Assembly (NCBI GenBank): GCA_964016885.1 | Contig: OZ024741.1 | Span: forward strand, 257,424,001-257,488,000 | Length of the DNA: 64,000 bases | Direction of reading: 5' to 3' | DNA from: Eledone cirrhosa | Taxonomy: Eukaryota | In this document: positions 55,754 through 64,000 of the stretch, piece by piece | Layout: every line of letters begins with the position of its first letter | Numbering within the stretch: the first letter of the stretch is position 1 | Made by a program: the position numbers and the translations under genes | Notes under the pieces: model-generated | What the model saw: only the letters and a program-made list of their open reading frames with translations | What the model was told of the DNA's origin: nothing | Database searches by the model: none

Positions 55754-58700
55754 TAGTAGTAAAGTGTTCGTTGTTGTGATAATGGTTAGCAGGGATGTGT
55801 GTGCAAACCGCAGCCTGTTGACAGTTCAAATGCCTATTAAGACAAGTGTGTGTGTGAGTGTGTGTGTGTGTAGCAGAGTAATTCGTGGTAGAGGGATGGT
55901 CAGTAGGAAAGTGTCTGTAAGTGAGTGAGGATATTTTAACATGTTAAAAGATATTTTTCTGCTCTTGTCTTATACGGAGAAGTGTGTGTGTGTGTGTGTG
56001 TAGCAGAGTAATTCGTGGTAGAGGGATGATCAGTAGGAATGTGTCTGTAAGTGAGTGGGGGATATTTTAACATGTTAAAAGATATTTTTCAGCTCTTGTC
56101 TTATATGGAGAAGTGTGTGTGTGTGTATAAGTCTCTTTGTATGTTAATGTACGCGTGTGTATGTGTGTGTGTATATGTGTGTGTATGTGTGTGTGTGTGT
56201 GAGTGTGAGAGAGAATGTGTGTGTGTGTGTGTGGGTGGACCAGTATTTTTTTCCCTGGTAAAATGGTGTACATTATTCGATATTTTCAGTGAAATCGATT
56301 CTCTCAATAGAACATCAAAAACCTTAACAATAAAAGGTGTGAAATGATATTCACTATACATATATATATACATATATTCACTATATATATATTTTTTTTT
56401 GTGTTGCACCATAGAACATGTGTGTTTACGTATGTCATTGTGTTTATATGTGGGTAGAGATGTGTGCTGATGTAGGTATGTATGTTGACGTGTGTATGTT
56501 GTGGGTTCGTCTTAGGGAGAAGTGTTTAGACGGGGTCCGTATTTGTTAATAAAGTAAGATTCCTTGCTGATGCGCTGGGTGTGGGTGGCATTATCTTTAA
56601 ATTTGTAGAGGGGAAAGATTCTGAAGTGGGGATGATTTTGGGCGGCACAGGTATCAATGTGTTCACTCAGTGGTATTTTCCTGTATTACCGTATTTTAAT
56701 TTGGGATCTATGGACAGTCATGTGTTGGCGGAGGCTGTTTTTGGTCTGGCTTATGTATTGTTCTCGACAACCTGAGCAAGTTAATACATATATTAGATTT
56801 TCTGATGCTCATGTGAAATTGTGTTTTACTATAAAACGTTGTCCTTCTTTGAAATAGAATTCCGAACCCTCTATTAGGTTGATGCAAATGCCACAGTTGG
56901 GTCTATCGCATTTTTTTTACTGCGGGTTTCGTTGTTGTGGTTGGCACTACTTTGGCATGTGTTAGGATGTTTTTTATTGACTTAGGTTGTCTTTTGCTCT
57001 TTATGATATCGTGTGTTCGTAGGATTTGGTTCATTCTATGGTCCTTTTTCAACACAGGGATGTTCTGGAGGATGGTGTCAAAGGCCTCATTGTTGAGGGC
57101 GTTGTGTGTGGAGATGTATGGAAGAGCTTTTAGTTTCGGTTGATTTACTTTAGGGTGTCTAAGGTCCTGGGTACTGAGCTTTAGGGCACGTTGGATTCCA
57201 TTGTCAATCCCTGCCTATGAGTGTGTCCTTTAGTTCTTGTAACCGTAAGTAGCAGGTGTTTTTATTGGAGACTATAGTACAGATTCTCTTGGCTAAGTTG
57301 TAGGGAATATTAATTTTAATGTGTCTAGGGTGGCAAGAGTTGAAAGGAAGATATTGCTTGGAGTCTGCGGGCTTGTAGTATATGTCTGTTTCTATTTTTC
57401 TGTTATGGATCTTAATGAGGATGTCGAGGAAGGGGAGTTGTTGATGGCTGTATTCCATCGTGAAGTTAATATTCGTGTTGAGCCCATTTATAAGGGTGTG
57501 AAATTCTTTAAGTTTCTCGACGTTTTCGTGCCAAAGGATGAAGCAGTCATCTAGATATCGCTTCCAGTTCCTTTCTATGTGTAAGTGGAGAGTGTTTCAA
57601 AATTTGTTTAGAACTTTAGTGTAGAGGGTGATTTCCAGGTATCCCATGACTAGGTTGGCATAAGTGGCGGCTGTTTTCGTTCCCATAGCGGTCCCAGATT
57701 TCTGCCTGTAGGGTTTGTTATTGAAAACGAAGTAATTGTTCTCCAAGATAAATTTGAGTCCCTCTATCACGAATTCTTTTTTGATGCGTTGTGGGAGTTC
57801 ATTGTGGTAATTATCCAGCCAGAATTGGATAGCTTCTATTCCTAGGTTGTGGGGGATGTTGGAGTATAGGTTGACTACATCGAACGTCACTAGTAGGGTT
57901 TGTTCAGAAAGTGGCATATTAGGGAGGTGATTGAGCATATCTAGGTCGTCCCTTATATAGCTTCTGATGTGTTTGAGAAAGGGCTTGAGAAGGGTATCAA
58001 AGTTGCTAAGGCGGTGGGTTTCGCAAGCGGGGCCTGCTATTATAGGTCTTAATTTGAGATCATTGGGTGCGGGGACATTGATGACTATGTCTGTGGCTTC
58101 CTTGCATGCCTTACTTATTAATTCGCTTTTATGTACTTTAGGGATACCGTAGAAAAGGCTGGATTTACTTGTGAAGTCTGTGATGAAGCTGAATTCCTTG
58201 TTAGTGAGTCCTTCTTTGTATTGGTTGATTAGAGTTTTTAGGTTTCTCATAATTTTCTGTTGATTGTAGTGTTCTGCCTTGCTGCGGTTCGCACACACAT
58301 CCCTGCTCTCCATTATCACAACAACGAACACTTTACTACTACTACTACACACACACACATACATATTTGTTGTGAAATAGTCATTTCTCAGTCTTGGCGC
58401 AAAATCAATTTTTTACATTCACATGACCTCTACCGACCAATCAAAATTGTTTTGACCACAAGAATTTTTGCAACACGAGTTGGCGCAAAAACCAATTTTA
58501 ATAGCGCTGGAGCCACTTTTTTAACATAAAAACAGGTAGAATTCCCAAAACTAATCAGATCAGAGCAAATATCACGGACGCTCTATCTCAAATTATTTTT
58601 GAAAAGCATTTAGAAATGCGCAACCGGTAAAACTTAAAACCAAAACTGAATACTAACCAATACAATTACTAATTCTCATTTATTCCTAATTAAACTATTT

Positions 58701-58785
58701 TTCACTGTGAACAATTTGTCAGCATTTTCTATTCCGTTTACCAAAATATAGTAACTTGTGTGTTACACCTCTATTCTTTTAACTA
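55280..58785. mobile_element. Foldback Neptune-like PLE: arms 55280-55815 / 58281-58745, tail to 58785, (TA)n flanks
   Basis: The same peptide-equivalent sequence occurs on both strands (55515-55829 minus, 58260-58529 plus). Hammerhead-like TTGAAAA-gcattt[ag]aaatgc-GCAA-ccggt-A at 58596-58632 and 55411-55447. Confidence 0.9.
56520..58280 (-). pseudogene. Neptune-like PLE RT + Cys linker + GIY-YIG, 5'-truncated and disrupted
   Basis: FYGIPKVHK, LRPIIAG, FDVVNLYSNIP, GTAMGT...YANL, WKRYLDD, LPFLDILI, NSCHPRH, KKCDRPNCGIC, NLIYVLTCSGC.EQYI. Confidence 0.92.
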
Positions 58786-59995
58786 TATATATATATAAAT
58801 TCGTGGATTGTCTACGACAATGATAACACATAGATCGCAGACCGTCCCTGAATTAAATATTTTTTCTGATTATATTTTTTCTGTTTGTATATGCCATAAT
58901 TATTCTAATTATCTGAAACTGATGATGTCACCAGGATCTTACGTAACAAAGCCATTGAAATATATGCAATGTTTTTGCCACAATAAAATTTTAAAGGAAC
59001 ATCACCATTCCAACCTCCTGTTGTTTCAATGAAATCTATATATATATTCTAGACCACCCGTGTCACGTTGGGTCATGTTCACTTTAAAATAATTTTTAAA
59101 TAATTAAAATATACACAGACATGTATATAATGTGAAATGAAACAGGGGCGAAGGGCGCGTGCATGCAACGGATGCAGTGCATGCGTTATTGAAGCTTGAG
59201 TTGATCAATTGCGTCAGTTGAAGCAAGCAGAATTTTGGCTGCTTACTAGATCGTAGACACATAAAAAGATAGCAAACACACACACACACAACCACACATA
59301 CACACAAACACATCACAGCGTCGGTTGAAGCAAGCAGAATTTTGGCTGCTTGCTAAATCGTAGACACATAAACAGATAACACACACGCACACACTAGTTA
59401 ACACTATATGCGACTTTGACCGGGAGGGTCATTTGGAGGGAATTGGGGGGCGGGGTAAGGCTGCACAGCCCCACTTTCCGCCATGGCGATTTGACTGCAT
59501 GCCCTCCTTTCCAGCTTACCCTTCGCCACTGAAGTGTGTCTATGTATATATATAAATGTATATGTGTGTATATATATATGTATGTGTATGTGTATATATA
59601 TGTGGGTGTCATAGACACACACACATATATATGCACACACACTCACACTTTTATATATATATATATATATACACACACACAACACCACCAGGTCTCTCTC
59701 TCTCTCTCTATTCCATTCTCCTCCTTTGTCTCCTTCCTCGCTCTCTATGTCTCTATTTCAATTTACTCTCTCACAACCACTATCTCTCTCTCTGTTTATG
59801 AAGGTACCCGGAAAACCCCATATCTCTGAAGCCCATGCTCCTATTTACGTGAAACTTGTTTTATTCCATTTGTATTCCCATTTCAGGGTCAACTTTCTTT
59901 TATAATATTTTCCCATTATGCGCCCTTTTGGCTGTATTACATTACAGGCAAACAAGCAAGCAAGCAAGCAATCACAGAGGTTTAGTTGTATATAG

Positions 59996-60086
<91 letters not shown>

Positions 60087-60329
60087 CGCGCGCGCGCGTG
60101 TGTGTGTGTGTGTGTGAAAACCTACTCTGGGATATACATACAGTTATATGGATTAACAACCATAGGCCCTTAACTGACCACGAATAGCAAGTTTATGCCA
60201 GGACCGATGATAAAGATTACAGTAAATTGAAACCAATAGGCAGAACGAATAATGTCAACGGGGCACATAATACGATTAAAAGAACAGGGATAATTATTTT
60301 GTATATAAAGATGAGAAGGAAATTTAAAT

Positions 60330-60730
60330 TAATCAGGTTCAAGTGTATCATAAAAGAGTGAAAGGTTCTATGTGGGCAAGAATGTACAATTTCATATCTA
60401 GAGTTAAGGAGATTAATTTTAGAGGTAACTATTTCTAATGCTTCTGTCAATCAAAGCTTACATTTAGTTCTACCTCCACTATAGAACTTTGCTGAATTAA
60501 TAATACTTCATCTGAAAGAGTACTGAAAAATTTTTCATAATTGAATGAGAGTATATGCTTATAGTATTTTGCTTTAAATTTATTGGTGGTAGCTCCGTTT
60601 TAATTAAATTATTTATTATTAGTTAGAACCTCACCTGTATACTTTATATTACTTCTAAAGCATTCACTTCTAAGGGGTCATGCTTCTGCAATTCTACAGT
60701 TACAATTATTAGCAGACTTTTAACGTGCTT
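60330..60730 (-). pseudogene. Decayed Naiad-like GIY-YIG fragment
   Basis: NNCNCRIAEA*PLRSEC, GATTNKFK, KCKL*LTEALEI, LLNSRYEIVHSCPHR. Confidence 0.8.
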
Positions 60731-60913
60731 CATATATTTATTATTATCACCATTATAGTTAGCAGTGCTTTTGTTCCTATTACCTACGATTTCAGGCTGG
60801 CTTAGTATGGGAGCTTTTCTTTTTTTAGTTCATATAAGTCCATTTTCTCATAATTATTCATATCTAAGTCTAAAGACTGGCTCCTGATATTTCCACTAAA
60901 TCGAATGTATTAG

Positions 60914-60959
<46 letters not shown>

Positions 60960-61261
60960 GTGTGTGTTGTGTTTGTGTATAGATGTATATGTATGTATAT
61001 GTATATATGTATATGTATATATATATGTATATATATATGTATATGTATATACATATATATATGTATAAGTATATATATAGGTGTATATGTATATACATAT
61101 ATATATATATAAGTATATATATATATGTGTACATGTATATATGTATATATATATGTATATGTATATACATATGAATATATATACACATATTAATATGTAT
61201 ATACATATGAATGTGTATATACATATATAGATATATCTATATATATATACATATATATATA

Positions 61262-61318
<57 letters not shown>

Positions 61319-61326
<8 letters not shown>

Positions 61327-61572
61327 ATACTTTGGGAGGTCATGTTGCCAATAAGAAACACACGCACCAGTTGCTTTCACTTCAATTTATTATATATTTA
61401 TAAAGTTATAAAGTTATAAATTTCTGGTTGGTTGGTTGGTTCCACAACCAGATAGTTGTTTATATATAGTCATATATTCTTATTGGCAACATGACCCTCC
61501 CAAAGTATAACAATATCGGTTTCAACACACGATTTCAGATAAAGAATCTTGCTAAACAAATTCAGAAACGAA
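61319..61572 (+). mobile_element. Foldback mini-element between (TA)n tracts
   Basis: ATTGTTATACTTTGGGAGGTCATGTTGCCAATAAGAA (61321-61357) is mirrored at about 61477-61514, followed by a tail of about 55 bp. Confidence 0.7.
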
Positions 61573-61576
61573 ATAT

Positions 61577-61607
<31 letters not shown>

Positions 61608-61609
61608 AA

Positions 61610-64000
61610 AGAGAAAACACAGGTAAGCATTAAGAGAAGGATTTTATCCAGGTATTTACGACCGTTTCATTGGTAAGTGCAACCTTATATTGCTATACTG
61701 CAAATAGCAGCTACTCAATTATAATTGTTGTTCACAGTCCAAATTTTCAAAATAGTGAGTAAGTTACACTTGAAATAATTCTTAATATATAGAGAAAAAT
61801 ATTTATTTGAAATTGTATTTACTAGTATATAGACAGAGGAATCAGAAGGTGAGGAGACAAACGGAATAGTATAGAGAGAGAGGAAGGGGGTAGAGTTAGG
61901 AAGTAGACTGACAAACTGAGATGGAGGGAGGGGGAGGGGTGGAAGGATTCCTTGATCAGTTTTAATAGCAGACTTTATGTCGTGGAATGTAGTGAGTTAA
62001 AGAGAATTAAATTGATCATAGTGGGAGGAATGGATAGGGAGAGAGAGAGAGGGGGGGAGATATAGAGAGATAAATATATATATAAAAAATAAAGATAAAG
62101 ATAATAATGACAAAAATAAAAGAAAAGAAGGGGGAGAAAGAAGAAAAGAAAAGATAGCCAAGAAGGGGAGGGAAGGAAGGAAGGAAGAAAACGAAGAAAT
62201 AGAAGTGGAATGAAGGAGAAGGGGGGGATATAGGTATTGGTTTTTGTGGGTAATTAAAAGGGTTTAGATACAACAAGAGGGTATAAAGTCTAAGTATATG
62301 CAGTTTGTCAGTTGGTAGTAAGAGGTTAAGGGTTCGATTTGCACTTGTAGTGCGAAAACTTCTCTTTGAGTCTATGGTTACAATAAATTGATCTTTATTG
62401 TTGAGTAACTTATCCTTCGAACTCAAGATGTGGAACAGCTCAAGGTCGCATAATCGACAGCTTCTCATACCACTCCGATATGGGGCACGTTCGATAATTT
62501 TTTCCACTGCAGGGTGTATTGATGGTTACTTTCCCTTAGTTGCCAGGTCTTGTTTGCAAGGGTAGTTACATAACGATGCTGGGAATGTTTCATTGCGTAA
62601 CGGTGTGTATACCAACGGGCTTTAAATGTATTCCCAGTCGCTCCGATGTAATACCATTTCTGGTTGTCTGATTCCACTGTGCATTGGTAAACCAAGTTAG
62701 ACTGCATACATTCATTATGTAATGGACAGTTTTCAGGTAGGTGGCAGTTACAATTCTTGTCATGGGCAACTTTGGCATTAATGGTGGGCTGCGATGCCTG
62801 TACAAGTGTGTTACGTTTTGTTTGCCTATTAGCGGGTGGTTGTGTATTAGATATTCTGTTGTGTTCGATGGTGATTGTATTGTTATTGTTGTAAATTTGT
62901 GTTTTGGTGTTGGTATGTATCTTTTTAGCGTTAAGCATCTTAATGTGTGGCTCTATATTTGGTGCCGTGAAGTAAGATAGTCTAATAGATTTAGTGTTAA
63001 GGATTTTGCTGTATCTATCAAAATCAAATAAGTCACGCAGTAGAAAATATATTTGGTATAACCCCATATTTAACACCTCTATTAGTACTAACCTACCCTC
63101 TACCTTCTTTAGAATAATAAATAAGCACTTTCCAGATTCACATAGATACAGCAAAATCCTTAACACTAAATCTATTAGACTATCTTACTCCACGGCACCA
63201 AATATAGAGGCACACATTAAGATGCTTAACGCTAAAACGATACATAACAACACCAAAACACAAATTTACAACAATAACAATACAATCACCATCGAATACA
63301 ACAGAATATCTAATACACAACCACCCGCTAATAGGCAAACAAAACGTAACACACTTGTACAGGCATCGCAGCCCACCATTAATGCCAAAGTTGCCCATGA
63401 CAAGAATTGTAACTGCCACCTACCTGAAAACTGTCCATTACATAATGAATGTATGCAGTCTAACTTGGTTTACCAATGCACAGGGGAATCAGACAACCAG
63501 AAATGGTATTACATCGGAGCGACTGGGAATACATTTAAAGCCCGTTGGTATACACACCGTTACGCAATGAAACATTCCCAGCATCGTTATGTAACTACCC
63601 TTGCAAACAAGACCTGGCAACTAAGGGAAAGTAACCATCAATACACCCTGAAGTGGAAAAAATTATCGAACGTGCCCCATATCGGAGTGGTATGAGAAGC
63701 TGTCGATTATGCGACCTTGAGCTGTTCCACATCTTGAGTTCGAAGAATAAGTTACTCAACAATAAAGATCAATTTATTGTAACCATAGACTCAAAGAGAA
63801 GTTTTCGCACTACAAGTGCAAATCGAACCCTTAACCTCTTACTACCAACTGACAAACTGCATATACTTAGACTTTATACCCTCTTGTTGTATCTAAACCC
63901 TTTTAATTACCCACAAAAACCAATACCTATATCCTCCCCTTCTCCTTCATTCCACTTCTATTTCTTCGTTTTCTTCCTTCCTTCCCTCCCCTTCTTGGCT
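61610..64000. mobile_element. Foldback Naiad-like PLE running off the window
   Basis: Near-identical GIY-YIG ORFs on opposite strands (62465-63010 minus; 63020-63800 plus: IWYNPIF, CNCHLPENCPLHNEC, YYIGATG, CRLC); junction at about 63018. Confidence 0.92.

Noticed and set aside
58810-59035. Possible further upstream PTP exons
   Set aside because: Splice-like signals exist, but the translations show no convincing PTP motif and one frame has a stop.
59047-59400. Possible minus-strand Helitron end (CTAG plus hairpin) with a ~106-bp duplication
   Set aside because: No matching 5' end identified.

Overview
Eukaryotic, AT-rich, repeat-dense genomic DNA. The SINE families and the abundance of (TA)n/(CA)n suggest a coleoid cephalopod, probably Octopus (inference). 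Most listed ORFs are repeat artefacts. The supported content is: (1) six short minus-strand exons (about 54460 down to 29663), not resolved as a gene by the ORF track, that splice in frame into the C-terminal, probably catalytically dead, domain of a protein-tyrosine phosphatase; (2) many Penelope-like elements (PLEs) of at least three clades (Naiad-like, Neptune-like, Penelope/Poseidon-like); (3) a degraded RTE LINE, an integrase-less Gypsy LTR element with an unusually long tRNA-Trp complementary region, non-autonomous Helitrons (one tandem and carrying a 3.3-kb 16-bp satellite), pogo and hAT scraps, SINEs and a 26-bp minisatellite. The most striking pattern is a recurring architecture across unrelated PLE families, including ORF-less mini-elements of 0.2-0.9 kb: (TA)n, inverted arm, direct arm, short tail, (TA)n. 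In most of these each arm carries a minimal type-I hammerhead-like motif, several with U3-A8 or other atypical cores. In most of them the inverted arm stops just before an ACTC...GAGT tail motif. All coordinates were read by eye, so element boundaries are approximate.
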